From the human T2T-CHM13v2.0 reference genome, Homo sapiens: a stretch of 64,000 bases of DNA. The stretch is from assembly GCF_009914755.1 (NCBI RefSeq), contig NC_060943.1; one strand, written 5' to 3'. Position numbers and translations under genes: made by a program. Under the pieces are notes generated by a model that did no database searches, was not told the DNA's origin, and was given only the letters and a program-made list of their open reading frames with translations. This document shows positions 1 through 20,218 of the stretch, in pieces (within the stretch, counting starts at the first letter, position 1; each line of letters starts with the position of its first letter).

Positions 1-89
1 GAGAATTGCTTGAACCCGGCGGTGGAGGTTGTGGTGAGCCGAGATTGCGCCACTGCACTCCAGCTGGGTGACAGAGTGAGACTCCGTCT

Positions 90-129
<40 letters not shown>
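1..129 (+). mobile_element. Alu right arm with long poly(A) tail (cut by window start)
   Basis: GAGAATTGCTTGAACCCGG...GAGACTCCGTCTC followed by about 39 A. Confidence 0.95.
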
Positions 130-134
<5 letters not shown>

Positions 135-387
135 AGAGAGCCAGGCAGAGAGGCCAGGGAACCAACAATAGTGTCCTTTCCTCGGACACAAATTACATGC
201 AAATGTATCACACAGACAGCATTTCCCTTGCATGGAATGGAGATTATTTACAAGCATCATATATCTCCACAAAGGGTTGCTGAGCTTCAAAGATTGTCGG
301 GGTTGGTTTTGCTGTTATAAGATAAACAAACATCCTCTAGTACTCAAATTAGAAGGGAACCATAGAAAATGCTTATAAAGAATTCTC

Positions 388-721
<334 letters not shown>

Positions 722-923
722 CTAGACTTGCATGCTCTACTGCCAAATGTGCACCAAATTCAAGTCAGACAGGCATACCTGTGTAATCTGGATGGGATCA
801 AGGTTTTTGTGTGCGCTTATTAAAGTGAAATGAAAAAGAGAAGAAAGTGGCAATCCCTAAAGAGAAAGCAGTTAACAGAGAGTGAAGAGCATAAGATCTA
901 ATTTCCAAGCAAATGTTTATCTA

Positions 924-1397
<474 letters not shown>

Positions 1398-1681
1398 TTA
1401 TCCCGTAGATGAAAGGAAATACTTAGCTACAGTCCAGCATCTGTCCTCTATTTATCTGAGGAATCAAGAAGTTCTACTCCCTTCAGAATGTTTGGGCAGT
1501 GACTTGGAGCCACCAGTGTGAGGTCAGTCCTTGCTGTGATAATGGAGTTCCTTCATGGAACCATGCTGACCAATGGGGAGACTACAGTGTAAGAGGGCAG
1601 TGCTTGGAGGTGCAGGCATGATGAGACCAGGTCCCTGCCTGCAGTGTGCAGATTAGTGAGGAGGCAGAAAGAAATCAATTA

Positions 1682-1755
1682 CAGTCAGCCCTCCGCATGC
1701 ATAGTTCCCCATCCGTGATTTCCAACAACCTCACTTGGAAAATGTTCAGGAAAAA
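1682..1755. mobile_element. Tigger-type DNA transposon end fragment (MER2/MER8-like)
   Basis: CAGTCAGCCCTCCGCA...CATCCGTG resembles the Tigger-family terminal sequence. Confidence 0.5.
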
Positions 1756-1760
1756 AGGAA

Positions 1761-2190
<430 letters not shown>

Positions 2191-2522
2191 AGAAAGAAAG
2201 AAAAGAAAGTGGAAGGAAAGCAGTCACCCTTAGAAGGGAGGCAATGTGCACAGGGGAGACCCACAGCAGGAAGGTAAAGGGGGACTCCTGATGACTGAAA
2301 GTGGGCCCTAGGCTTCAGAGATGGGAGGAATAGAAGACGGGCTCAAAAAAGGCAATGAACTATGTCATGTATGAGGGAGACAGAGGGGACCTGGGAGTGC
2401 TGGATGTTAGGGACCACTGAAATCAATACTGTCCAGGCTGTGCATGATAGGTGAGAGGAAGGGAATACTTCCAGGAAGAAGCAGAAGTCTGGGACTTTCT
2501 TTTGACTCGTGATGTGACCTGA

Positions 2523-2990
<468 letters not shown>

Positions 2991-4015
2991 TAGAAATTTT
3001 TTCAAGATAATAATCTTAGTAATAAGGTTATAAGTTACCAGGATGCTTGTGGTATATTGCATATGACTTATGAAATCCTTTGGAATCTCTAAATCAGATA
3101 ATTTGGATTCACTCTGGCTATTAGAATACAATATCCACATCCTACTGGTAGTATGATTCTGGATATATTATGCTGCTTTCTCCAAGATGAGATAATACTG
3201 CTAACTTCATTCTCTCCAAGGGCCTTTGCACAAATCATGTAAAAAAAAAATCCATCAATAACTAACTTGCCCCTGCCACATTTATCAGGTGACCACTAAT
3301 GTGTCAGGCCTTGAAAGGACTACAATCAAATGTTACACACCTAAGTGAGCCCAAGCTAGAAGAGTCAGAAGGTGAAAATAACAGCCTCCCAATGACATCA
3401 CTAGGCCATCATTTCTCAACCACTGGGAAGCCATGGGCCCTTTAAAAATTAGATGAGCTTTATGAGCCCAAGTTCCACTCAATACCCTTGAAGCCTATCC
3501 AGGAAGGATCCTTGGCCCCCAGTTTTAGAAATACTTATGAACTGGAGAGAAGCCACCCAAGTCTTCTGATCCATCTTTCCCCTTTTCCCCTGTGAACACT
3601 GAGACTTCATTACTCTAGGTGGACTGGCTAGCTCTCTTCCCTTCTGAATCCTGCTCCTTCAAGTAAGCCTTTCATCTGCAGAAGATTTCAAAAAAATAAA
3701 AGACCGAATTCAAGGTAAACCTTGGGTAATGGTGCTCTGAAGTGCAGTGGTGTCTAGTTATGGAAAGGAACAAACACCCCTGCCCTCTGCTCTGTAAGTG
3801 GCATTCTAAACCCACCAAGGGACTTGCCCAGTCCTCCAGCAAGTCCTCCAGGCCCTGCTGCCCTGTTATCCTTGGGGTTGCAGGCAGCAAAGTTCTAGGG
3901 AACTCAGGTCCCAGAAAATGCAGTGATTCTGAATGTCCAACACAGACTTCATATTCCAAAGGGATACTAGTTCTCATGTTACTATAAATCCTTCGAGACA
4001 GAGAAACCAGGTAAC

Positions 4016-4049
4016 TTTATTTCTCATTGTTTAGGATTTTCTTTTTATT
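4016..4049 (-). terminator. ZNF606: Two AATAAA poly(A) signals, likely ZNF606 3' end
   Basis: TTTATT on + at 4016-4021 and 4044-4049, about 1.2 kb past the ZNF606 stop. Confidence 0.6.
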
Positions 4050-4101
4050 ATCAAATCTCTGCTATAGAAACACTGAAGAAAATGGGAAAAAAAATCACTG
4101 G

Positions 4102-4320
4102 AGAGGCAGCATAAAATGGTGGCTGAAAACAAGAACTCTGGAGCCAATCTCAGCTCTACTCCCTTACTAGTTGTGCCCCTTAGGTAGGATCCTTCAACAT
4201 CTCTGCTTCAGCTTAGCCATTTGTAAAACTGGGGTAACAGTACCTATCTCAGAGTAAAGGGGACTAAACAAGTTAACACTTGGAAAGCATTTAAAAGAAA
4301 GCCCAGCACATAAGTGTTAT
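4102..4320 (+). mobile_element. MIR (within the ZNF606 3' UTR)
   Basis: CTCTGGAGCC...CATTTGTAAAACTGGGGTAACAGTACCTATCTCAGAG matches the MIR core. Confidence 0.75.
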
Positions 4321-5244
4321 ATGTATTTGTAAAACTTTTTAAAAATCTCAACTGGGTTAACTTTTCCATGGATCTTTCAGGTCCTTACCCATATACATTT
4401 TTTTAGATGTGTTACAGTAAGTATGTATATACAATTCTGTATCCTTTTTATTCCTTCATGTTATGTATACTGATGCAGTGTCCATAATTATAATTTATAG
4501 TGATTGCCTAAAACAAATTACAAACTAATTGCCCAACAATGCAGTGATGAGTAACAATGGACGCTGACACACTGGGCTAAGGATCACTTTCTGTCCAGCA
4601 ACATCAGTCTCACACTCCTAGGCAATAACTTTTCTACCGTTAGTCATCTCATTCATTAATTTTCTCTAAGGAGGTTAATCAACAGTAAATACCCCATTCA
4701 ATACTATTATTTTTCTTACATTCAGATTTAGCACTTCATATTCTACTCCTGGGCACCCAGACCCTCCCCTTATAACAACAAAATCTGTATTTCTACAATT
4801 ATGCACAAAATGTTATTGTAGAGTTTTCCATCCAGTACTCCAGCTTGATGCAAAACAGTGTATTTCCAGTCAAAAACTTTTCTCTGCATAAGGTTTTTCC
4901 CTTAGCAATTCACACCAATCTACAATTGGTGAGAGCTCTTGCTAAAAGATGCCTCATTCCCCACAGTCATGGTCCTCAAGTATGAATTACTGGTAGACCA
5001 TAAGGGGAGTTTAGAGTTTCCTTCATTGTTAATTATCTGATTTTGAGTAAGGGCTAAATAACTGCTGAAAGCTTTTCCCTATTCTTTTCCTTCATGGGGT
5101 TTCTTCTAAGATGATATTTTCTAGTAAATAATGTGGGAGAAGTCTTACTGAACTCTTAATGAAAAATGTCCCCTCTTGATTATGTTTATAGGGTTTTCCT
5201 CAATGTGTTGTCAAATGTACAAGAAACGAAAAACTCGCATAAAT

Positions 5245-7223
5245 TCAATTCAGTTTCTCTTCACTGTGATTTCTCTGGTGTTGAAGTAGGGCTGAGTGAC
5301 CACTAAAGGCTTTTCCACATTCACTGCATATAAAGCGTTTCTCTCCACTATGCATTCTCTGATGAATAATAAGGGAAGAATTCTTACAAAATGCTTTTTC
5401 ACAATGATTACATTTGTAGGGCTTTTCTCCAGTATGGTTTCTTAGGTGTACAATAAGGGATGAACTCTCATTAAATGCTTTCCCACATTCATTACACCTG
5501 TATGGTTTCTCTCCAGTATGAGTTCTCCGGTGTGCAATGAGGTGAGAACTACAGTTAAAGGATCTTTCACACTGATTACATTTATAGGGTTTCTCACCAG
5601 TGTGAATTCTCCGATGAGCAACAAGGTGACAGCTCTGACTGAAGGATTTTCCACATTTATTGCATTCATAGGGTTTTTCTCCAGTATGAGTCCTTTGATG
5701 TCTAACAAGGTGAGCCATCTGGCTACAGGATTTTCCACATTTATTACATTCATAGGGCTTAATTCCAGAATGAATTATCTCATGTTTAGTGAGGGCTGAG
5801 CGTTCTCTGAATGCTTTGCCACATTCCTGACAGTTATATGGTTTCTCTCCCGTGTGAGTTCTCTGATGGGCAATAAGATGGGAGCTCCAGCTGAAGGATT
5901 TTCCACATTCAGTACATTTATATGGTTTTGCTCCAGAATGAGTTCTTTCATGTTTACTAAGGGCTGAGTAGTCCCTAAAAGCTTTTTCACATTCATCACA
6001 TTTAAAGGGTTTCTCTCCAGTATGCATTCTCATATGGGCAATAAGATGGGAGCTCCAGCTGAATGATTTCCCACATTCAGTACATTCAAAAGGTTTCTCT
6101 CCTGTATGAGTCCTCTGATGTCCAATAAGATGAGAGTTCCAGTTGAAAGATTTCCCACACTCATTACAAACATAAGGTTTTTCTCCTGTATGAATTCTCT
6201 TATGTACAATAAGATGAGAATTCCAGCTGAAGGCTTTTCCACATTTATTACATTCATAGGGTTTTATTCCAGTGTGAGTCCGTTCATGTTTCGTAAGGGC
6301 TGAGCGATTCCTAAAAACTTTTCCACATTTATCACATTCATAGGGTTTTTCTCCAGTATGAGTTTTCTTATGTTGAATAAGGTAAGAGCTCCAGATGAAA
6401 GACGTCCCACATTCATTGTAGTCATAGGGTTTCTCTGCAGTGTAAGTGCTTGTATGTTGAGTAAGGAAAGAGTCATACCCAAAGACTTTCTCCCATTCAT
6501 TGTATTTATACGCTTTCTCTACAGTACCAATTTTTTGATGTTCCATAAAGGATGAGAAATAAAAGATATTCTCATATTCTTTGTAATTATACTGGTTTTC
6601 TCCAACATGAAGCCTTGGGTGTTCATTAAATGATGGGCTCTGGTTAAAGATTTGATGGCATTCCTTATATTCATAGAGTTTTTCTCCTGTGTGAATTCCT
6701 TTATGATCACCAAAATGTATTATATGATTGAAAGATTTAACAGCATCAGTACATTTGAAAAGATTATCTCCAGTTTGTATTCTTGCAGGGTAAATAGGTT
6801 GAATGGACTGATAAACAGTTTTGTCATAATCATTATTTTCACAGGTAACCTTATCTGCATACATTATGGCTGAGTCACATCTCCAACTTTGAGCATGTGT
6901 ATCAGGCTTATAGAAATGTTCTATCTGAGAAACTCTCTGAGATGGAACAAAGTTTAAGTTCTGGCTAAACTCTGCCCCAAGTCCACAGAATTCAGAGCTT
7001 CTCTGGGATAGTACTTGCTTTTGCATGAAGACCATCTGCCTCATAGCTGTACTCTGGTTCATGTGGTACATTTCTAATTGGTCTTTACATCCCAAAACTT
7101 CTAACCTGGAGAACCAAGGATCATCCCATATATATCTTTCCAACTTCATGCCATGGGATTGTTCTTCCTCAAAAATGCTCTGTGCTGGGATCAATGCTTT
7201 GCTTTCAAGATTTCTCACCCATT
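5245..7223 (-). CDS. ZNF606: ZNF606 last exon: linker, 5 degenerate and 13 intact C2H2 zinc fingers
   Basis: 657-aa ORF with TGEKPY-type linkers; acceptor TTTCAG|AA at 7224; 1979 nt; all six coding exons total 2379 nt = 792 aa + stop. Confidence 0.97.
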
Positions 7224-7498
7224 CTGAAACAGACAGAAAAAAAGCTATGAGAGCATAGAGAAAGACATTAGAATAAAGTGGGAATGGTGAGATTTACTGT
7301 CCATATTATCAAAAACACTAGTATAAATTTGTTTTCAAGTCCAGGCTTAGAACTCAGAGAAAGATCATAATAGGGAAAAGAATAGTGAAAAGTAAACAAC
7401 AGTTAACCAGAATACAAAGTGTGTACTGAAAACTAATGAAACCATTTAAAAGTACTTTCCATGAAAAGGAAGACCAGTATAAGAATGTGCAAGAAAGA

Positions 7499-7797
7499 GG
7501 CCGGACGAGGTGGCTACGCCTGTAATCCCAGCACTTTGGGAGGCCGAGGCGGGCGGATCATGAGGTCAGGAGATCAAGACCATCCTGGCTAACACAGTGA
7601 AACCCTGTCTCTACTAAAAATACAAAAAATTAGCCAGGTGTGGTGGCGGGTGCCTGTAGTCCCAGCTGCTCAGGAGGCTGAGGCAGGAGAATGGCATGAA
7701 CCCGGGAGGCAGAGCTTGCAGTGAGCCAAGATCGCGCCACTGCACTTCAGCCTGAGCGACAGAGCGATACACCGTCTCAAAAAAAAAAAAAAAAAAA
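7499..7797 (+). mobile_element. Alu inserted at the start of an LTR
   Basis: Full Alu; 15-bp TSD AATGTGCAAGAAAGA. Confidence 0.93.
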
Positions 7798-8362
7798 TGT
7801 GCAAGAAAGAGTTAACTCTGCAGGCCTGACGTGCTCAAACCTTGCAAAGGTAGCCTGTTTCCTAAATGGCCCTTAGCCAACTCCTAGGAATTAAGATCTT
7901 GGAATGTTCTAACTAGTAAGAGTGTTTTGCATGCTCAAGGTATTGAAGCACATTTACTTTTAACTTATTTAGATATGTGTGCAAACAATGTCATTCATAG
8001 TGATCACCTGCTTTCCCTCAGGGTGGTCTGGAGTTTCAGCGATGGCAGTGAGTCACGCAGGCACTGTGTGCCTGGATGAGCAACCTCTCAATAAACACAC
8101 TGGACTCCTAGACTCAGGCAAGTTTCCTAGTAGAAATTTCGCACGTGTTGTCACAACTCCTTGCTTGAGGAATTAAGTGTGCCCCATGTACGCTACTGGA
8201 AGCTTGCACCTGGTCTAACCTCATGCACCTTTTTCCTTTGCTGATGTTGCTTTGTATCCTTTCACTGTAATACACCATAATCCTGAGTATAATGACTTTT
8301 GAGTCCTATAAGTACTCATAGTGAATCAGTGAACCTGGAGGTGGTCTTGAAGACCCCTGACA
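7798..8362 (+). mobile_element. MER21-like LTR
   Basis: Starts TGTGCAAGAAAGAGTTAAC, ends GAACCTGGAGGTGGTCTTGAAGACCCCTGACA, as in MER21 consensus ends. Confidence 0.7.
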
Positions 8363-8965
8363 AAAGGACCCAGTGAATGTTATTAAGGTTAAAAAAGAAA
8401 AAAAAAGAATAAAGCCTTTCATCTTAACAAAAGTTAGGTAGATGAGCACACAAGGCCTTTAGCAAGTAATATTTACATCATGAGTGCTCTCACTTCTGTG
8501 TTATAATGTCCTTCTACTCCCATATCTTGACAAGTGCAGAAAAAAGGAGGAGAGGGGTGTTTAGAGAGTATCACCAAGCGAGGCTTCAAGCCAGGATGTT
8601 ATCTATGACAAAATGCTTTGTTTCCTATGTCACAGAATCCAGTCAATCACACAAGATCCACCAACCCAAAGGGCAAACATCACCAGAGTTTATGGATACC
8701 CCTAAAGTTACACTTCTATCCACCACAGAATATTTTTAGAGCAATGATAGATGGACTAGGAAGACAGCATAGTGTGAAAAAACAGACACAGGAGTTACAG
8801 TCTGCTAATCTGTATGTGAACAATGGCCCTGCTGCTATCCTTAGAGAGCTTTTCTGATGACTAAAGTCGAGACTCAGAATCCAGCCAAACTCCTGGCAAG
8901 TTTAATACACAGGAACTGCCTATTATCACTGCTTAAGTATCAATCCTCTAACAACCAAAGGAGGC

Positions 8966-9469
8966 TATATTAGTTTCTTTCTGCTATTGTAACAAATTAC
9001 CACACATTTAGTAACTTAAGGTAACACAAATTTATGATCTTTCCGTTCTGGAAGTCAGAAGTCCAAAACGGCTTTCACTGGGCTAAAATGGAGTTATTGG
9101 CCGGGTTGTGCTCCCTCCAGAAGCTCTAAGGAATCCACCATATCCTTGCCCTTTCCATCTTCTAGAAGCTGCCCCAATTCCTTGGCTCGCAGCTCCTTCC
9201 TCCATCTGCAAAGCTCATCACTCCAACCTCTGCTTCTGTCATCACATCCTCTCCCATGTCTCTGACCCTCCCACCACAATCTTATAAAAGGACCCTTGTG
9301 AGTACATTTAGAATCCACTCAGACAATCCAGGATAATCTCCCCACAGCAAGATCCTTAATTTACTCTCATCTGAAGGTCCCTTTTGCCATACAAGGTGCC
9401 CCATTCACAAATTCTGGAGATTAGGATGCAGATATCTTTGTGGGGGAAGTCATTATCCAGATTGCTACA
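8966..9469 (-). mobile_element. MLT1 (MaLR) solo LTR
   Basis: TATTAGTTTC...GTAACAAATTACCAC...TTCTGGAAGTCAGAAGTCCAA...ATCCAGGATAATCTCCC. Confidence 0.8.
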
Positions 9470-10198
9470 GGGTCTAAAGCCCCAGGCAGGTCCCAACAAG
9501 AACTAGACCTTGCCCTCTCTCTCTGCTTCTTTTTTTCTCTTTACTATATGTAATTTCCCCCCTTTTACCACCCAAGTCCATTATTTTTTGTTTAATTTTT
9601 TTGAGACAGGGTCTCACTCAGGCAGGAGTGCAGTGGTACCGTCATAGCTCACTGTAATCTCAAATTACTGGGCTCAGGCAATCCTCCCACCTCAGCCTTC
9701 CGAGTAACAGGACTACAGGCATGAATCCTGTATATACAACCATGCCTGGCTAAATGTTTTTAAATTTTTTATAGTGACAGGGTCCCGCCATGTTGCCCAG
9801 GATGGTCTCAAATTCCTGGGCTCAAATAATCCTCCCACCTTGGCCTCCCAAAGCACTGGGATTACAAATGTGAACCCCCATCCCTGGCCCCCACGACCAT
9901 TATAACAGAGGTTCTACTCTGCACAACTGGCATTTATTATCAATTTCAAGCTCAGCTCTTAAAAGTTACTGAATTATCTTCATATAGATTTTTAAATCCT
10001 TCCAGTAAAAGCTTTTTACAAATGGAAGCTGACCAATTCCCTGACCAAATGAAAGACCAACTGAAAGACCAAATGAACAGTTCTTGTCCAACTTTATACT
10101 CACTCAGTACTTGTAGTCTACTGAGTTTCCAGCACCAGAGACAAGGCAAGAAAGTACGGTCTCCCTGGAAGTCAGAATCTATGTGAAGAGAGATCCTA

Positions 10199-10613
<415 letters not shown>

Positions 10614-11629
10614 TCAGCACTAACTGAAGTGATTGAGGATGGTTCACACAAGAGAAACAACATGAGCTCAGCCTTGAAGCACGACCTGGGTACAGACTGA
10701 CTAGTCACTCAGCATGAGCAGAGGCATGCATGGCGTGACCAGTGTGTGAGGAGGAAGATAAGGATACCTGCTGAATAAAACTCCAGGAGCTATTCAGGAA
10801 ATGAGAGAAACAATAGAAAAAATAGAAGGTTTTGAAATCCAGTTGTTTTGTTACAAGGCAATTAGAATCACTGTAGGTTTACTGACAGGGATCTCATAAT
10901 CAAAGATTTCAGGGATATAAATCTAGAAATAGTACCTGAGGTGGCTAATAACAAGTGAGAACTTCCTCATCAACTTGGGCTGGAATTTTACGAGAAAGGG
11001 GCCGGACTGTGAGAGTGATGATGGAAGCTGAATGACGTAACTAACATTTCAGAGGAAGAAAATCTTGGGAGTTAGAAGAGAGATTACTTCTTGGAGAGGA
11101 AAGAGCTCGAAGTCAAGATGACTTCTCAATCTCCAGCTTAGGGGACATGCAGAAATGCACCTCAGGAAGATGGGAGAACATCTAGAAAGTAGAGACAAGA
11201 TTACTGGTTCTATCGGCTGTGATCAAGGAGACAGCTGAGATGCTTTGTAAAATGGGAGAAGTGTAAGGACAGAGGTGCTGGAATTGCAGGGCTCTGGATG
11301 GTAACTAAGAATGGGCAGCACTGAAGGTAGAAGAATTAAAGCTCCTGGAATTCATGAGCTCTTAGGGGAAAGTTTCCAATCTGAATGGAAAACAACTGGA
11401 GAGATTCTCCACAAAAGTCCCCTCCATTAGAGTGGGTGGAAGATAATCCAACTTCAGGACTCAAGAAGAGGCTGTGGCACATTGCCAAAAATAATAAGAT
11501 AAAGACAATGTGTATAATCTCCTATTGTTGAAAACATGAAAAATAACTACAAATTCCTACATGCTTGTAGCTGCATAAAGAAACTCTGTTATGCATGTAA
11601 CAGAAATTACTAAAAGTGATTACCTGAGG

Positions 11630-14100
<2,471 letters not shown>

Positions 14101-14466
14101 AAGTAGTTACCTGTGTGTATGCCTCTGTGTATCTGTGTTTTGGGGGAATAACAGTAATGTGAGTAACAGCAGGGAGTAAAAATGAGTTATTTTTGGTGGT
14201 GTTTTTCAGACAGGGTCTTGCTCTGTCACTCGGGCTGGAGTGCAGTGGTGAAATCACAGCTCACTACAGCCTCAACATCCCAGGCTCAAGCAATCCTCAC
14301 CTCAGCCCCCTGAGTAGCTAGGACCACAGACATGCACCATAAAGCCCAGCTAAGTTTTTTAATAAAGGAGATTTTTTTTTTAGCTTATACATTTTAAGTA
14401 GCTTTCAGATATTTGAACATTACCTATATTTTAAAAATCTATTTTGTTTGGTACCCACAAGATCTA

Positions 14467-14790
<324 letters not shown>

Positions 14791-15149
14791 CCCAAAAAGA
14801 CTATTTTTTTGAAATAAGCATCTATAGCTATAGGTTACAAGTTTGGCAATACAGGAAATAAGGAAAATATTTGAAGTAGCTACATGGATAAGAGGTAACC
14901 TTAGAGGCAACCTTAGAGGAAGGGACCGCAGAAAACAGGAGCCATCAAGAGCCGACAGCGAGGGAAAATGGCTACCTTATTAGGATGGTGATGCTTCTTT
15001 GCTCTAAATCAAAAGCAGCAAGAGAAGAAAGCTCCTTAGAGGGAATTCTAAATGCATCTGAGGAAGGTAACTCTTCATGGCCTTATCCCATTTCTCAACA
15101 AAGAGGGCTTGGGGGGAAGTTCCTTGTTCAGCCTGGGGTCTGCCCTCAC

Positions 15150-15245
15150 CTGGACAAGTGCGTTGAGGACATGCCTGCTCCACTGACCACGGCTCTTCTC
15201 CTTGCTCCAACAGGGAGATGACCTCAGGCTTGGCAATCTGATTTC
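15150..15245 (-). CDS. ZNF606: ZNF606 KRAB-B exon (GNQIAKPEVISLLEQGEEPWSVEQACPQRTCP)
   Basis: 96 nt, CATAG| acceptor, CAG|GTGAG donor, KP..I..LEQGEEPW motif. Confidence 0.96.
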
Positions 15246-15424
15246 CTATGCATGGAGGAAAAGCATGGAAATCATGTCATGAGGCTTCAGGACAGCCAAA
15301 GAAAGCTTCTCTTGCCTATTCCTCCCTGTGACTTCTCAACCTGGGCAGAATATGCAAGGTCCTTCCCACTCCATGCTCTTTAAGCATTAGGAGTTTCATC
15401 CCTGAACCTCAGGGCCCAAGATCA

Positions 15425-15664
<240 letters not shown>

Positions 15665-16276
15665 CTAAAAGAACACAAACGTTCCTTCTCAGCCTGTGAC
15701 CACCCCCTCCAATATTTCCAGGGATGGAGTGAGGCTGACAGCCCTGGGGAGAGAAGACAGGATGTAGAGAAACTCTCCTGGTTATTCAAGAGTCTGACTA
15801 ATGTGAGTCAGGTCTCATTGAGAACCACCCAAGACCTCATATTTGGTATATACTCTTAGGGAATTAGATACCTGGGTCCACAATAACCACAGCAAAGCTG
15901 AGCAGGTCTCTTCGAAGACTCTTGCCAAATTCCAGCACACTGGCTATGTCCCCCACCTTGGCAACACCCCTCTTCTGGAAAGGCAGTCATATAAAAAGGC
16001 CTGGACCAGTGCAGCAACAGGCTATGAGCACTGGCTACAAGCGAGACCTTGAGGATGGAGTCTTTGCTCCGACACCCAGATAAAGGACCTGAAAGGGTGA
16101 TCTGTACATTCACAAGTTGTCTTTCCAGCCATGGTGGGGAGGTTTCCATTCTCAGTTCATCTCTGTCCCAAGGACTGAAGCTAAGGGTGAGCAGGATGCC
16201 CCAGAGCAGCCCAGGCCAAGGAGAATCGGTTACAGCTGCCATTAAAAGCACATTAGTTACAAGCAATCTAAACTGA

Positions 16277-17500
<1,224 letters not shown>

Positions 17501-18444
17501 ATCAACCGCAAGACACCCGCTGAACAGACACGTGTGCAGTATACCGCTCCCACTCCAAGGGTCCTCTGGACCTGTGCCCCTCCTCTTCACAGCTACATCA
17601 TATCACTTCTACCCAAATACAGCGTTTCCTGTGGCCCTCTTAGTCACAGCTTATGAACTGAGTTTGCTGTCTCTGATCTGGGCCAGACCTCCCTGCTGAA
17701 TTTTCAGTGTATCCATTTTTACTCTGTCTCAATTGCTTCCCCTCTACCTTCACATGATGGGCTTAAAACAAAGAACTGCTTCTGCTCCAATAAATACCAT
17801 ACCCTGAAAAGTCAACTCCTGCTCAAGACCCCCCAGGCTCAGCCTTACTGTGCCCCATGACAAGGACTGTCCATCCTCTTTTCCACGGCTGAACCTCATC
17901 TCTGTGTCTCACAACCTCGAAGACACAGAATCATCCCTCCTGCAGCCTCACACCCCATGTAGAGACGCCTCCTGCACCCTCGTCCCACTGCTTCTGACAG
18001 TCCATCTCCTCCTGCAAGGTACAGCGCACCCTCGCCTTCTCTCCTTCCTTGTCTTCCAGCCTTACCCCAGTGCAGTTCCTCCTCTGCCTTTATTATCCGT
18101 TTTCCTGTTCCTTGGTATTGGAAATTTTTTCTTTATATTTATCATTTTTGCTGATCTATATTGAAGGATCTTGGAGCAACAATTATATGATTCTTATTTT
18201 TACCAAGCTCTCACCAAGATCTCCCCAATGTCTTGTGATTGTCAAGTCCAAAGTTTGATTTCTGCCTTTACCTTCTTGGCCTATGCAGCATTTGGAAGTG
18301 CTGGCCACAACCTCCCTCTATGAAACACTCCCCAACCCCCATGGTCAATGACAACTTCTTGGTTTTCCTCTTACAGACTGCCCAGACCTCAGTATGCTTG
18401 ATGACTACTGTTTCTACATTTTATGGTAATGTAAGGTTTTTTTA

Positions 18445-18783
<339 letters not shown>

Positions 18784-19805
18784 CTATGCTTGATGCACTT
18801 TCACAGAGCAATGGCACCTGGGGAACCAGCTAGGCAGCTGTGCTGATGGCCCAGGGTGCCTCTGACCCTGTGCTTGTCTTACACATCCTAACCTCCCTGG
18901 GGTGGCACCTTCTTAGATGGCTTCAATGTTCACCTACACTTAACAAGGTGCAAACCCACACCCTAATGGCTGACCAGCTGGTAGACTAAGCCACAAATTC
19001 ACTTCCCACCCCTCCCAAGACCCCAATGGAATCATTATATGTTCAAAAATAGAGGAATTACATCTAATAAACACAAGAGGAATGAAATCATTGGAGCAGT
19101 TCTGCAGTCCCTAATAAAACAGTGGACAGTGGCAATGACCATCAATGACTGCTCAGCTGCAGGTGAAAGGCAGACAGGGAGCTTTATAATGGAGGGGTCA
19201 GTCTGACAATACCTGCACCCACTAACCCATCATACCTGAAGATGGGACAACCAGACACCATGTGCCCACTGATGCAATGCAGTATGAAGAACCCAGCACC
19301 ACCTATGAAGTATTCTTATCAAAAATACCAAATGAATCTACTCAGGCCTCTAGTCCAAATACTAGCTAACAGGAGACGAGGGGATGGAGGAACTTATTCA
19401 ATGACATCATGAAGGCAAAAATCAGGCAAACCAACAAGACCAGTGACCTAGTTTCTTCAGCATATGAAGCATGTGCAGTGTGTGGGCCTTGTTTGGATCC
19501 TGATTTGAACAAACCAACAACTGTAAAAACATATTTTAGAGACACATAGAGAAAACAATATGAACTGGATATCAGGTGACATTGAGGAATTATTGGTAAT
19601 TTGCTGAGTATGATAAAGGTATTGTGGTTTCTTCCTTAAGGGTACATATCTCTTAGATACACAGAAACACTCACAGGTGAAATGATACAATTCTGAGATT
19701 TGCTTTCAAATCCTCCAGTTTAAAAAAGGTTGTGTTGGAATAGATGAAAAGAAATGCAGAAAGTGGAAAGCTGACAGCTGCTGAAGCTGGTCAACATGGG
19801 TGCTT

Positions 19806-20218
19806 GCAGCAGGCTGAATAACACCCCCCAAAGGATGCCCATGTCCTAATCCTAGAACCTGTGACTGTTATCTTAATGATAAAAGGAACTTTACAGATAT
19901 AATTAAGAATCTTTAGAGGGATTACCCTGGATTATCCAGGTGGCCCAGTGTAATCACCAAAGTCCTTATCAGTGAGAGAGGGAGGCAGGAGTCAGAGTCA
20001 CAGGAGATATGACGCAAGCAGGGGTCAGAGTGATGTACTTTGCAGATGGAGGACAGGGCATGAGTCAGGAAGCAGTCTCCCCTTGAGCCTCCAGAAGAAA
20101 CACAGCCCTGCAGACCCATTTTAGACTTCTGAGCTGCAGAACAGTAGAATAAATTCATGTTGTTCTAAGCTATAAAGTCTGTGGTAGTCTATTACAATAG
20201 CAACATTAAACTAAGACA
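19806..20218 (+). mobile_element. MLT1 (MaLR) solo LTR
   Basis: TGCAGCAGGCTGAATAA...GGATTATCCAGGTGGCCCAGTGTAATCAC...CTAAGACA. Confidence 0.8.

Noticed and set aside
5442-6873. Alternate-frame and antisense ORFs over the zinc-finger exon
   Set aside because: Periodic shadow frames typical of C2H2 arrays
10031-10080. 12-bp repeats GACCAA(A/C)TGAAA; also AACCTTAGAGG twice near 14897-14919
   Set aside because: Short slippage duplications with no supporting context
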